From: a virus
Lineage: Duplodnaviria; Caudoviricetes
IMG/VR virus record: IMGVR_UViG_3300027863_000056
Span: 1-46,212 of that record
Length of the DNA: 46,212 bases
Reading direction: 5' to 3' (one strand)
Below, piece by piece: positions 1 to 9,330 of this stretch. The position numbers and the translations under genes are program-made. The notes beneath the pieces are model-generated. The model had not been told where the DNA came from, ran no database searches, and worked only from the letters and a program-made list of their open reading frames with translations. Within the stretch, counting starts at the first letter, position 1; every line of letters starts with the position of its first letter.

Positions 1-127
1 ATAAATATCTGCAATAACCGGATTTGGCTTACAAGGGTGAATTTTTTAACATAAGTTATTATTAATCAATTTTTTGTGTTTTGTATTGAGTGGTGACGGA
101 GTGCGAATTTCTATTTAACACTTCTGT
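1..127. repeat. 127-bp direct repeat, copy 1 (circular overlap)
   Basis: Identical to 45963-46089; the copies diverge at 128 (A) vs 46090 (T). 127 is a common assembler k-mer length. Confidence 0.95.
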
Positions 128-134
128 AAATTAT

Positions 135-162
135 ATAACAGTAGCAATACGTTATGTTAAAT
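135..162 (+). other. dif-like site with a perfect XerD arm
   Basis: TTATGTTAAAT at 152-162 equals the canonical XerD arm; the putative XerC arm (ATAACAGTAGC) is poor. Inverted near-copy at 44-60. Confidence 0.35.
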
Positions 163-179
163 GAGTAAAATTAAAATAG

Positions 180-503
180 TTGATAATGAATAAAAATATT
201 ACATTTGCGCAATTAACCAGCTATGATTACAGAATAATGAAACAATTTAGTAAGCTTTTAAAGACCAATAACATAGACCACAAATACTACAGAAAGGATT
301 CAACACTTGTAATTGATGACGGCTTTAAATCCGTCTTTAAGATAAAAGAAAAAGGCTACTGGCAGGCATGGCGACTGGATAAATCTGTCGAAATGAGTCA
401 ATTAATCTTCAGTTTTCCGGTGAATTGCAATCGGGATTTGATCGTAAAATGTGCCAGATTTAAGCTGATACCTTACCAAGTAATCAAGAGGTTGAAATTG
501 TAA
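180..503 (+). CDS. hypothetical protein
   Basis: 107-aa ORF, no recognisable motif. Confidence 0.6.
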   Translation: MIMNKNITFAQLTSYDYRIMKQFSKLLKTNNIDHKYYRKDSTLVIDDGFKSVFKIKEKGYWQAWRLDKSVEMSQLIFSFPVNCNRDLIVKCARFKLIPYQVIKRLKL

Positions 504-874
504 ATTTTAATAAAAAAGTTACACAATTCACACTTAACATAATATTTCAATTCCTCAGGGGTTTTTTCTGAAATCCAACAAAAAGCCTCTGAATTATTGA
601 TTTGCCTGCATTTACATTTGGTAAACTCTGGTAACAAATAATTAGCATTATAACCGATGCTAAATAAAAAGGTGGTATTTGCGGGTTTTGCGGGCATCCA
701 ACAAAAAAAGCGAAATCAGGCTAAAAACAAATAAAATAATTATATAGAATATTGAATAATCTTTACACTCAGTTCGCCAAATGTATAGATTATTGGGTTT
801 TCTATGCAAATAAAACCTCCTGATTATTGACAAATTGGGAAATGTTATCACAAATTATTGTGTAAAGTTGTGAT

Positions 875-905
875 AAAAAAACGCCACCCCGCTAAGAGTG
901 GCGTT
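875..905 (-). terminator. intrinsic terminator of the leftward late/lysis transcript
   Basis: Minus strand reads AACGCCACTC-TTAGCG-GGGTGGCGTT followed by a T run. Confidence 0.8.
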
Positions 906-989
906 CACCTACTGCGATAACACAATAGGGTTCTGTAATCAGTTGTTAACTCGCGTAAGCCTATGGCGTGAACTGATTGCTTTTATTGG

Positions 990-1187
990 TTAAGCCAGCG
1001 ATACATTAACCGCGTTCAATCCTTTTTTACCCTCAACGGTTTCAAAGAAAACAACATCGTCTTTTTCCGGTTCGTAATCTCCGACCAGCCCTGTGATATG
1101 CACGAATACTTCTTTGTTTGTTCCTTCTTCAATGATGAATCCGAACGCTTTTTGTTTGTTCCAAAACTTGATTTTCCCTTTATTCAT
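990..1187 (-). CDS. csp: cold-shock domain protein
   Basis: GKIKFWN..KAFGFI (RNP1) and VFVHIT (RNP2); C-terminal GKKGLNAVNV; 65 aa. Confidence 0.95.
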   Translation of the reverse strand: MNKGKIKFWNKQKAFGFIIEEGTNKEVFVHITGLVGDYEPEKDDVVFFETVEGKKGLNAVNVSLA

Positions 1188-1189
1188 AA

Positions 1190-1696
1190 CTATTTTTTTG
1201 TGTAGAATCTAACATTGTATTTGCTGCAGGTATCTTTATTAAATACCTGTATAGTGTCTTTTCGCTTTAAAGCTATAAACTTCCATTTTTGAATTAGATA
1301 TTTTTCCGGTTTCATAAAACGAACAATGTCTAATGTATCCTTATTCGTATATGTTAACCCTGTTTCTAAGCATCCTGAAAGCCTTGCATGAGAACCGATC
1401 CAACTCAAACAATGAACGTGTATCGAATCATGTACGGTACTATCTCTGATTGTTGTAAATATGTGATTCGTTGTATTTACTGTTGTGTGATTATCGCTGA
1501 TTATTCGCCTGTCGGGTATGGGAATTTTAAAGCTGTCAATTGCCTGGTTGATTAATTTGTGTGTGCCTTCAATTACATTGCTTGAATGCAGATCTTTATA
1601 ATACTCTTTTTCTTTTTCTGCATGTCTCCATTCCTCATATAAGAATGTACAAGCAATTGAGGATATAAATAATAATATGATAATTATTTTGAACAT
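1190..1696 (-). CDS. N-terminally membrane-anchored lysis accessory (spanin-like) protein
   Basis: N-terminal TM helix, short coiled coil, located directly downstream of the endolysin. Confidence 0.5.
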   Translation of the reverse strand: MFKIIIILLFISSIACTFLYEEWRHAEKEKEYYKDLHSSNVIEGTHKLINQAIDSFKIPIPDRRIISDNHTTVNTTNHIFTTIRDSTVHDSIHVHCLSWIGSHARLSGCLETGLTYTNKDTLDIVRFMKPEKYLIQKWKFIALKRKDTIQVFNKDTCSKYNVRFYTKK

Positions 1697-1742
1697 ATTT
1701 AATTTGTGCGCATGCGGACGGATCGCAAACGACTTGTTTATT

Positions 1743-2210
1743 TTATTTGTGATTTATGTAAACACCTTTTGAATAAATATCCGCGTTGTTATTAGCTCGC
1801 TCAACTAATCCGGGTAATACTTCACCATCCGAATACTTCCATTGACGAAAATAATTAGGAATATTTGGATCGTTTGGGTTTGCATTTATTGCCTTAAGCA
1901 ATCCGGATCCTTTTAATCTTGCAGTTCCTTTGTTGTAGTCGAAGTCGCAAAGAGCATCAAATTGATTTTCATTCAATGAAACTTTAAGAAGCCTTAATAC
2001 ATCAATGCCGACTTTCATATATATGTTTGCAAACAACTCATCTGCCCTATCTTGTGTAATAGGCTTATCAGTTGATCTAACCGGAGTACCATCTTCGTAG
2101 AACGTATTTCCCCATCCTATTGTCCATTTGCCACGAGAGTCTTGATATGGGTGCAATACGCACTTTTCCCAAGACTTAGTAAAAGCTATAATTTTGTTTG
2201 ATGGAATCAT
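1743..2210 (-). CDS. endolysin, GH24 phage lysozyme
   Basis: E-x8-D-x5-T triad (WEKCVLHPYQDSRGKWTIGWG), LNENQFDAL, LPGLVER. Confidence 0.92.
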   Translation of the reverse strand: MIPSNKIIAFTKSWEKCVLHPYQDSRGKWTIGWGNTFYEDGTPVRSTDKPITQDRADELFANIYMKVGIDVLRLLKVSLNENQFDALCDFDYNKGTARLKGSGLLKAINANPNDPNIPNYFRQWKYSDGEVLPGLVERANNNADIYSKGVYINHK

Positions 2211-2428
2211 TTGTCGTTCACTTTAAAGAATTCACCAAAATATTTTACACAGAATTTTCTTGTTAAATAAGCCACAATACCAGCTATAACTCCACAAAAT
2301 GCAGTCATAATAAGCGCATCAAGATATTTGAATATCGTCTCTTGAACTCCATGATTGTACTCAATCCAACCCATCCATAAGCCAGTCAGCCATCCTGTAA
2401 GTTTATCGTACCATGTAAGATGCTTCAT
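2207..2428 (-). CDS. holin-like membrane protein
   Basis: 73 aa, hydrophobic helices, basic C-terminus, overlaps the endolysin start. Confidence 0.6.
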   Translation of the reverse strand: MKHLTWYDKLTGWLTGLWMGWIEYNHGVQETIFKYLDALIMTAFCGVIAGIVAYLTRKFCVKYFGEFFKVNDK

Positions 2429-2730
2429 TATGCAGGCGGTTGATTATTGTTAATAGTTTTCTCGTAGGCTGTAATCCCCAGAAGTGCCAATACATACCCA
2501 ATTCCACTAGCCAATACTATTGGAAATTGCTGTATAATTGTATTGTGAATTACAGATTCAGGCTTTCCGAATATTGCTATCCATCCATATACACCAGCAA
2601 ATGTTAGTGTTAGCGGTATCAGCGCAAACCACGCATAAGTAATTGCAACAGCCCTCTTACTCGATCCATCACCGTTTATTCCTGTAAAGAATTCTTTGAT
2701 AATGTGCCAGAATTGTTTAACCTCTTTCAT
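2428..2730 (-). CDS. holin-like 2-TM protein
   Basis: SSKR followed by two TM helices; lies in the lysis cassette. Confidence 0.6.
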   Translation of the reverse strand: MKEVKQFWHIIKEFFTGINGDGSSKRAVAITYAWFALIPLTLTFAGVYGWIAIFGKPESVIHNTIIQQFPIVLASGIGYVLALLGITAYEKTINNNQPPA

Positions 2731-3272
2731 ATCGTTATTGTTTTGCTTGCTTTATCGAAATACAAATCCTGAGTATCAAGCGATCCCCAATACTGGCAAT
2801 ACTTTCCATCACCGAACAGGTTAATTAGATACCCGCAGGCTTGTGAACAATAAGTTTTCTTTATACCGCCTTTCTGAGCTTCCAGATCAATGATGTTAAA
2901 TGAAACCTGTCTAATCAATTGGAGCAATATGCCGAGGAAATTATACTTTGATTTGAAATTATTGATAACAGTTTCATTTGCTGTTATATCATATCGCTTG
3001 ATAATTAAATTCTGCCACTTTCCCTGAAAGAACTGAGTTGCAAGCACCGGTAAGAAACCATTGAATATGGATTGATAGAAATACAATTCTCCATCAACCC
3101 AAGCAAATATGCCACAATGCTGATTCTTTATTTTTTCCTTGCCTAAAAAGAAAGCTTGAAAATTCATAAAGAATCTACTGAACCAGCTCATCCAGGTATT
3201 GATGTCTTTTATATCGAATTTGAAATAAACGAATCCAATATCTCCGGTTTTGATGTTAGATATGTCATTCAT
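2727..3272 (-). CDS. permuted papain-like (NlpC/P60, YiiX/YaeF-type) amidase
   Basis: IKTGDI...HCGI...YNF...YCSQ: His precedes Cys. Likely ATG at 3272. Confidence 0.75.
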   Translation of the reverse strand: MNDISNIKTGDIGFVYFKFDIKDINTWMSWFSRFFMNFQAFFLGKEKIKNQHCGIFAWVDGELYFYQSIFNGFLPVLATQFFQGKWQNLIIKRYDITANETVINNFKSKYNFLGILLQLIRQVSFNIIDLEAQKGGIKKTYCSQACGYLINLFGDGKYCQYWGSLDTQDLYFDKASKTITI

Positions 3273-3273
3273 C

Positions 3274-3801
3274 TTACAGTCCCTCAATTTTTATAATCGA
3301 CTCAATAACAAACTGCGATATGCTTACCGGTAATCCGTGTTTATTCTTTATAATATTATCAATGAAGAACTGTGCTTCTGTAATAAGATCTGCACTCTTA
3401 AGTGTTACACCATCAATCAAAAACGGATCATCTTCATAATTGCCAAAGTTGGGTTTTGTAGGATTACCATAGATGTAGTTCGCATCAGATATAGTCCTAC
3501 GATATTCATATAAGAATCCGTATGTGGTACCAACCTTAATATACTTTCTAAAAACATTGTCAGCCTCCCTATTGTCGGGTGAGAAGTTTGGAAGCGAACC
3601 ACCGCCGACAACAAGGTACGTATTACCATCTGTTGCAACCCATTCAATACCGACGGCACCGGCGGTCGAATCTTTCTGATAAAAAACAATAGTGGTCGTT
3701 GATTTGTCTTTATCAACAGCGTAATAGCTTACCGTATAAGTTTGCGCAATCGAAATGATCGATGCAAAAACGATGGAAATTAATAATAAGAACTTTTTCA
3801 T
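3274..3801 (-). CDS. secreted hypothetical protein with Sec signal peptide
   Basis: MKKFLLLISIVFASIISIA/Q. Confidence 0.75.
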   Translation of the reverse strand: MKKFLLLISIVFASIISIAQTYTVSYYAVDKDKSTTTIVFYQKDSTAGAVGIEWVATDGNTYLVVGGGSLPNFSPDNREADNVFRKYIKVGTTYGFLYEYRRTISDANYIYGNPTKPNFGNYEDDPFLIDGVTLKSADLITEAQFFIDNIIKNKHGLPVSISQFVIESIIKIEGL

Positions 3802-3826
3802 GGCAGTAATTTTTGGCAGTAATTTT
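3801..3826. repeat. 13-bp tandem duplication TGGCAGTAATTTT x2
   Basis: Copies at 3801-3813 and 3814-3826 fill the intergenic gap. Confidence 0.9.
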
Positions 3827-5966
3827 ATAATCCTTCAATTAAATAAACTTGAACTGTAGACGCGTCTAATGTCTGTGTAGTGGCCGCTGTTGTTAAAGAT
3901 GTAATTGTAATCGAGCCTGACGTAACCGTGTAATTATACTGTGCTCCTAACGTGCCAGAAGCGCCGCCGGAAGCAAGCGTCACAATAGCTTTCGTGTTAG
4001 CTGTTACTGATGAGTTTGAAATCGTAACAGTACCGCTTGATAATGCAGCAGTAAATAATCTTCCGTTTGTACTAACCTTAACCGCAAGCCCGGTGCCAGC
4101 CAATGGGAACTGCATACTTCCGGTTGTTGCTAAATTTCCAGAATTGGCATATAGATAAGTTCCGCCTGAAGCGTTTGTGGTTGGTGCAGAAATAGAATTC
4201 TTTATTGCTATTCCTAACTGCATGCTGTTCCAGCTTGGAGAAGAAGATCCATATCCGAATGCGAAATTCCCGCGTGTGCCTGTACTACTGCCGCCTATTG
4301 TACCAATATCAAATAACACATCACCACTACTGAATGCACCCACGCCTGTATTCAAATGGTTGCCTGAACCAAAATAACAGCCGGCAGTCGACGGACTTGT
4401 TCCAGAGCTGGATACGTCAGGAGAGCCGATTAATAGTTGAACGTGTGTGCCTGAGCCTGTCGTTGCATTCGGTTTTATTTGCATACCGATTGTACTCGTC
4501 CAGCTTATCTTATTGACGTTGATCGCTGCCCAAACGTTTGATGCGCTACCGATGTTTTTTGAGTTATTGCCAGATGTTAAGATGTTCCCGGAAAATGTTT
4601 GATCCGGAACAAATGTTTGAGCCGTGTTTAGCCCTGCAAGCGTCTCTGTTGCTGTGTTAGGATACGTATAAGTAGTTGATCTCGGAAATGCAAGAGTTGT
4701 ATTGAATGCGCCGGAGGTAATTAAATTGGCCGCTAACGTAAGGGTATTGCTTCCGTTATTTACGCCTGTGCCACCGTATGTAGGACTTATAATAGTTCCC
4801 TGCCACCCCCCACTTGTAATATTTCCCGCCAATTGAACATTTTGCGCTTGATCTAATGTAATGCCAGTTGTCATTACTCCGCTGGCATTCATTGTCCGGA
4901 AATCCATTATTGAAGGAATAATACCGGTTGATAATGTGCCTGTAGATGTGGTTCGTATTGAACTTGCGGCAATCGGGTTTGTGCCGTCATATCCCCAGCT
5001 CTGAATATTTGAAAGAACATCACCTGTTACAATAACAGAAGGGCTTGCGACTGTGCCTCTATATTTTAATAAATTCAAACCAGAGCTATTTGTTCCGTTT
5101 GAATATTGATATAAAGACGCTCCGCGTAATGTTGAAGTATTTGTATTGACAACATTAAATGTACTTGTAGGCGTTGACGCATCGCCTATCCTTACGTTTC
5201 CTTGAGAATAATATAAGTCATTCGTATTAATAGGTATCCACGGATTTGTTATTGAAAAATTTCCTGTTGAGTTATTATACGATAATGGAGATGTTGCCGA
5301 AAGACTTGTTAACCCTATACCTCCTAGAGCTGCCAATGTAGGCGTGGGAATGTTTAATACATTGCTTGAAAGCGTTGCAGCACCAGAGCCTCCGGTAGTA
5401 GTAAGGCTTGTTATTCGATTTGTATATGCAGTATTCCAGTTTGTCGCCGAGCTGATATATGTATCTGCTATGGGGGTAGCCTGCCACGTTCCTGTACCGA
5501 TAGTTCCGACGGTAGTAATTGACGACTGACCTACATAAGATGAAGATATATCTATTGCCGGAGTTGCGCCGCCTGAAGATGTTATTCTATTGGTGGTTCC
5601 TGTTACAGATGTTACCCCTCCGGCCGTGCCGTTAGATACTGACGTTATCCTGCCTTTAGAATCGACCGTTAAATTTGTATTCGTGTAGCTTCCTGGTGTT
5701 ACTGTTGTCGTTGCTAATGTTGGATTTGGATATGTACCTGTTAAATCGCCGCCTGCAGATATTCCGGATATTGTTGTTAAAACATTAAGATCAGCCCAAG
5801 CCATCTTCTGATACTTCAACGTGGAGTGATTGAATACTGATACGGAGTCATTGCCTGCAATGGTTGACTGCTTTAACAATAGTGGCCAATATGGCAATGA
5901 CGCAGTATTCTGAGCCATAGAGGCTGCAGAAACAAATACGATTGATAGTAATAATAGCTTTTTCAT
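3825..5966 (-). CDS. tail fibre-like S/T/G-rich protein carrying a Sec signal peptide
   Basis: Fibre modules [43 protein letters not shown]; N-terminus [19 protein letters not shown]. Confidence 0.75.
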   Translation of the reverse strand: MKKLLLLSIVFVSAASMAQNTASLPYWPLLLKQSTIAGNDSVSVFNHSTLKYQKMAWADLNVLTTISGISAGGDLTGTYPNPTLATTTVTPGSYTNTNLTVDSKGRITSVSNGTAGGVTSVTGTTNRITSSGGATPAIDISSSYVGQSSITTVGTIGTGTWQATPIADTYISSATNWNTAYTNRITSLTTTGGSGAATLSSNVLNIPTPTLAALGGIGLTSLSATSPLSYNNSTGNFSITNPWIPINTNDLYYSQGNVRIGDASTPTSTFNVVNTNTSTLRGASLYQYSNGTNSSGLNLLKYRGTVASPSVIVTGDVLSNIQSWGYDGTNPIAASSIRTTSTGTLSTGIIPSIMDFRTMNASGVMTTGITLDQAQNVQLAGNITSGGWQGTIISPTYGGTGVNNGSNTLTLAANLITSGAFNTTLAFPRSTTYTYPNTATETLAGLNTAQTFVPDQTFSGNILTSGNNSKNIGSASNVWAAINVNKISWTSTIGMQIKPNATTGSGTHVQLLIGSPDVSSSGTSPSTAGCYFGSGNHLNTGVGAFSSGDVLFDIGTIGGSSTGTRGNFAFGYGSSSPSWNSMQLGIAIKNSISAPTTNASGGTYLYANSGNLATTGSMQFPLAGTGLAVKVSTNGRLFTAALSSGTVTISNSSVTANTKAIVTLASGGASGTLGAQYNYTVTSGSITITSLTTAATTQTLDASTVQVYLIEGL

Positions 5967-5968
5967 AA

Positions 5969-6403
5969 TTATAATAATGCGTATGGAATTCGTGAAACAG
6001 CAGTATTTGTTACAAACAAATACCTGAACGATCCATCATCATACCAATCGCCTGTATTCTGTCCTGTTATTGTAGTTCCTGTATATTGATTCGTGGCTCC
6101 CCAGTTCGAAGAATTGGCAAGCAGTGCGATTGTGATGCTGTCTGTTACTTTTTTAGGAACTATTGATGTGATTGTATCGATCAAGTATTTTTTATATACC
6201 AAATCCCCGTCATTCGTTAATAAATAGAGTGAGTTATAGCTGAGCACACCAAGTATTCCGGTGTCGCCATTTTTATTTATTGCAGAATCGGACAGGTCGT
6301 TAAGAAATTGATTTAAAATTTCACCCGTAATGGCATCAAGACCGTTTGTTTCGATGTACGCATCAACAAATGCTTTTAAATCAGCTCTTGATTTTATTGA
6401 CAC
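5969..6403 (-). CDS. putative virion structural protein (fibre adaptor?)
   Basis: Position between neck genes and fibre gene; N-terminal 'I.TNG..AITG..L...L' pattern. Confidence 0.5.
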   Translation of the reverse strand: MSIKSRADLKAFVDAYIETNGLDAITGEILNQFLNDLSDSAINKNGDTGILGVLSYNSLYLLTNDGDLVYKKYLIDTITSIVPKKVTDSITIALLANSSNWGATNQYTGTTITGQNTGDWYDDGSFRYLFVTNTAVSRIPYALL

Positions 6404-6870
6404 AGCTCAAAACAGTTATCGGTTTTAATTGGTATTTGATACGAGATCACGAATAAATATCTACTGAAATCATACGATATAACATTTGCCTCTGAATTGG
6501 CTATTGCCATTGAATCGTAGTTTATTTTTTTTATTAAAAGCAAATTGTAATTACTTAATGCCGACAACACCTCACTATCCATTTGTTGATTTTTAGACAT
6601 GCCAACAAAATCAACCGAAACGAGCGCATTGTATAATTTTTTCTTTCCCGGAGCTTTTATTTCTTGAAATGAAACATCTGTTAATTTGTGATAAAAAAAA
6701 CAGTCATAATCACTATCAAGAAAAACCCTTTCGTTTGTGCCGATTTCAATATTTATCTTTTTTTCATCAACAAGCATTTGGCGCGTCAAACCGTAATATT
6801 TTGGCAGTCCTGAAATGTTTTCCAGCACCTTTTTATTTACCGATTTTATTTCACTTGTTAAGAACTGCAT
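6394..6870 (-). CDS. putative tail terminator/completion protein
   Basis: Size and synteny only. Confidence 0.4.
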   Translation of the reverse strand: MQFLTSEIKSVNKKVLENISGLPKYYGLTRQMLVDEKKINIEIGTNERVFLDSDYDCFFYHKLTDVSFQEIKAPGKKKLYNALVSVDFVGMSKNQQMDSEVLSALSNYNLLLIKKINYDSMAIANSEANVISYDFSRYLFVISYQIPIKTDNCFELCQ

Positions 6871-7315
6871 TAATCCTATTGGTTATTACTTTATTTACCA
6901 ATTCATCTTCTGAATCAGACAGCGAAAACAGTTCGCCAAATCTTGCTTCATTCCACTCTGCTTTATCTGATGCCGATTTACCTTTGAATCCTACTTCTGC
7001 ACCGCCTTCTATTGGGGCTGATATGAAACTATCCATCATGTCTCCGGTAAATGTGAAGTCTATATAATCAATCTCTCGACCTGCCTTTTTTCTTTTTATG
7101 CCGTAGTATTTAGAATATGCGCCTGTTGTTTTTTTTGCCGCTGTATCTGCTTTTTCTCCGTTTGTTTTTTCACCCCTTTGCTGCACCCTGTCAGAAACTA
7201 TCGCAACAACATCTAATGCAACTTCACGAGCCAGATTTTCGGGATTTATTTTTACTGCTGTATTTTTTATAGCTTGATTTATTTGATCCGATATGTTTGA
7301 AATAATGGTTATCAT
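6851..7315 (-). CDS. putative neck/tail completion (virion morphogenesis) protein
   Basis: YS..Y...R...GR....DF.FTGDM and A.WNE.R...F.LS..E patterns. Confidence 0.6.
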   Translation of the reverse strand: MITIISNISDQINQAIKNTAVKINPENLAREVALDVVAIVSDRVQQRGEKTNGEKADTAAKKTTGAYSKYYGIKRKKAGREIDYIDFTFTGDMMDSFISAPIEGGAEVGFKGKSASDKAEWNEARFGELFSLSDSEDELVNKVITNRINAVLNK

Positions 7316-8349
7316 AACATCATTCCTTTTGTTGCAACGGCAAATGTTTCTTCACAATCAAAACAAATGCCTTGACCTGTTAATGGTATAGCATTCAGGC
7401 TTTGTGATAAATTATCAGAATATCTTTTTTCAAACACAACCTGAAGCTCCTTTGTTTGTTCAAGGTTTCCGTTCGTGAAAAAGTTTAATCTTCTGCTACC
7501 AACGGGTGAGTATATTTTTTCAAGAAGCATTTCTGCTCCAAGTAGATAAAGCCAGCTTTGAGTAAGCAATTGTTTATTTTCTTCAATGAAAATATCGACA
7601 GAACAGCGAAGTTCTGCGCCCATTGAAATTCCTTTGCCAATGCCTGTTTTAATAATATTATTAAAAAGTAATGGCAGTGTTGGATCGTATGTGGCTGGAT
7701 ATAACTGGAACACACCACGAAGCGCACCATATCCGAATGTAACCTGCGCAGCGCATGCGCCATCATTTGAATAGTAGTAGTAAAAATCATTCAGCGTTTC
7801 GATAGAATTAAACATGGATGTATCTACACCAATGAATAGCTCAATGATTCGCCATTTAAGTTGAAATACCTGGTTGATTGAAATTACATTTAATCCTTCA
7901 ACCAAATCAATTGATTGAGTAAATAAAACAGATCCATCATTCACATCCCACACCTTCAATGTAGATGTAGCGATGCGATCAGAAAAAATATATACATCAT
8001 TTAACCGGTATTCAGAATACTTTGATTCCGGCAACATTTGATAAATTCCCGTGTAAATAGGTGCCATCGGAACGGCTGTTGTTCCGGTTGGGTAGGACTT
8101 TATTGGCTTGCGTGTTTGATACGTGATCTGATTAAACTTGATATATTTGTACATCTCATTTATCACATCTGTTTTCAATCTCAGGTATGCCCGATCCTGA
8201 ACATCACGCCAAACGCCAGCGAAGTTTATCTGTTCCTCTGCTGCGATACGATCAACCATTTCGGTTGTCATACCAGGCAAAGAATTCAAATAAACACCGC
8301 TGGCCGGAGTTGGCAGATTGCAGTTTTTCAGACCTACGTAATCAATCAT
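7312..8349 (-). CDS. putative head-tail adaptor
   Basis: 345 aa, follows the capsid and tube genes; synteny. Confidence 0.45.
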   Translation of the reverse strand: MIDYVGLKNCNLPTPASGVYLNSLPGMTTEMVDRIAAEEQINFAGVWRDVQDRAYLRLKTDVINEMYKYIKFNQITYQTRKPIKSYPTGTTAVPMAPIYTGIYQMLPESKYSEYRLNDVYIFSDRIATSTLKVWDVNDGSVLFTQSIDLVEGLNVISINQVFQLKWRIIELFIGVDTSMFNSIETLNDFYYYYSNDGACAAQVTFGYGALRGVFQLYPATYDPTLPLLFNNIIKTGIGKGISMGAELRCSVDIFIEENKQLLTQSWLYLLGAEMLLEKIYSPVGSRRLNFFTNGNLEQTKELQVVFEKRYSDNLSQSLNAIPLTGQGICFDCEETFAVATKGMML

Positions 8350-8365
8350 TATTAAATGATTTAGA

Positions 8366-9328
8366 TTAGCTCACAATAAATTTTAAAGCCTTTTGGCCTG
8401 AAATACCCGTTGCATTTGACCCTACTACAGTAGCGTAGTATGTTCCTGCTGTGGTTGCTGTTCCTGTCAACACAAGATAGTTTCCAGAGTATGACAATGT
8501 AATGCCTGCTGGTAATGTGCCATCAATTATAGATGCCGAAGCAATGGCAATGCCTGCATTCAGTTTTGCATTGATTACAGTTGAGCCGTGAACCATATCA
8601 ATTTCATCAGGAATTAAACCAGTACCTGAAATGATTGTCGCTGTCGATCCGGAAGCATTCGCAAAGCTCAATGATGAGCCATCAAACAATTGAGGACAGA
8701 TAGCTAACGAATCAACATTTGCAGGATAGTTCAATGGATTTGACACAAACGACCATGTGGCTGTAATATCAGCTTCAATAAATGTTGTATTGTCGTCTGT
8801 AATTTTACCAACAGCCTCAATTGATAGGTAGGCATTTTTCTGAACCCAAACCTGTGTATCTGTGAAGAAATACAAGTCATAATTCTGTGCCTGGCCTTCC
8901 ATTGCAGCCCAATAGGCAGCATTAGCAACATAACTGAAGTCAATGAACGTAAGCACGTGTGTTTTGGCAAGCAACCTTTTAATTGCTTTACCTAAGCCTT
9001 TGCCGTATGTTCCTTTGCCTCCATCGTATGCGCCTGATACGTTACGAATCACATAAGCATTTCCCGCAAGTTCTGCCGTTAATATATCCTGTGCAGACGT
9101 GAGCAAGCCTATTGCTGTACCGCGCTTTACAAGGGCAACATGAACAACTTTATTGCGCTCGTCGGTAACGCAATCTTCACATGATCTTGATGGCGTTATT
9201 CCGCATGACAATCCATATACAGACGCAACCATAATTGGTGCGGTTGTCATTATATCATGTGCCGATACAGCATTTAGTGTTAGCAATCCAATTGCTAACA
9301 CTAAAGAAAATACTATCCAGTTTTTCAT
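8366..9328 (-). CDS. putative major tail tube protein with C-terminal Ig-like domain and N-terminal signal-like segment
   Basis: Beta-rich core; GTLPAGITL...LTGTATTAGTY (putative Ig/He_PIG); hydrophobic N-terminus. Confidence 0.55.
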   Translation of the reverse strand: MKNWIVFSLVLAIGLLTLNAVSAHDIMTTAPIMVASVYGLSCGITPSRSCEDCVTDERNKVVHVALVKRGTAIGLLTSAQDILTAELAGNAYVIRNVSGAYDGGKGTYGKGLGKAIKRLLAKTHVLTFIDFSYVANAAYWAAMEGQAQNYDLYFFTDTQVWVQKNAYLSIEAVGKITDDNTTFIEADITATWSFVSNPLNYPANVDSLAICPQLFDGSSLSFANASGSTATIISGTGLIPDEIDMVHGSTVINAKLNAGIAIASASIIDGTLPAGITLSYSGNYLVLTGTATTAGTYYATVVGSNATGISGQKALKFIVS

Positions 9329-9330
9329 AA

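Noticed and set aside
1-127. Biological direct terminal repeat
   Set aside because: The length equals a common k-mer, the site is far from the terminase genes, and copy 2 is not terminal; assembly overlap is more likely
473-851. ORFs 473-697 and 660-851 as genes
   Set aside because: They lie downstream of the terminator in AT-rich DNA and have no motifs; left uncalled
3825-5966. Diversity-generating retroelement or invertible fibre cassette
   Set aside because: No reverse transcriptase or invertase gene, and no template repeat noticed by eye
3274-5966. Type IX secretion C-terminal domain on the exported proteins
   Set aside because: The C-termini lack the typical YPNP...G.Y...K.IK arrangement; the YPNP present is in an N-terminal fibre module
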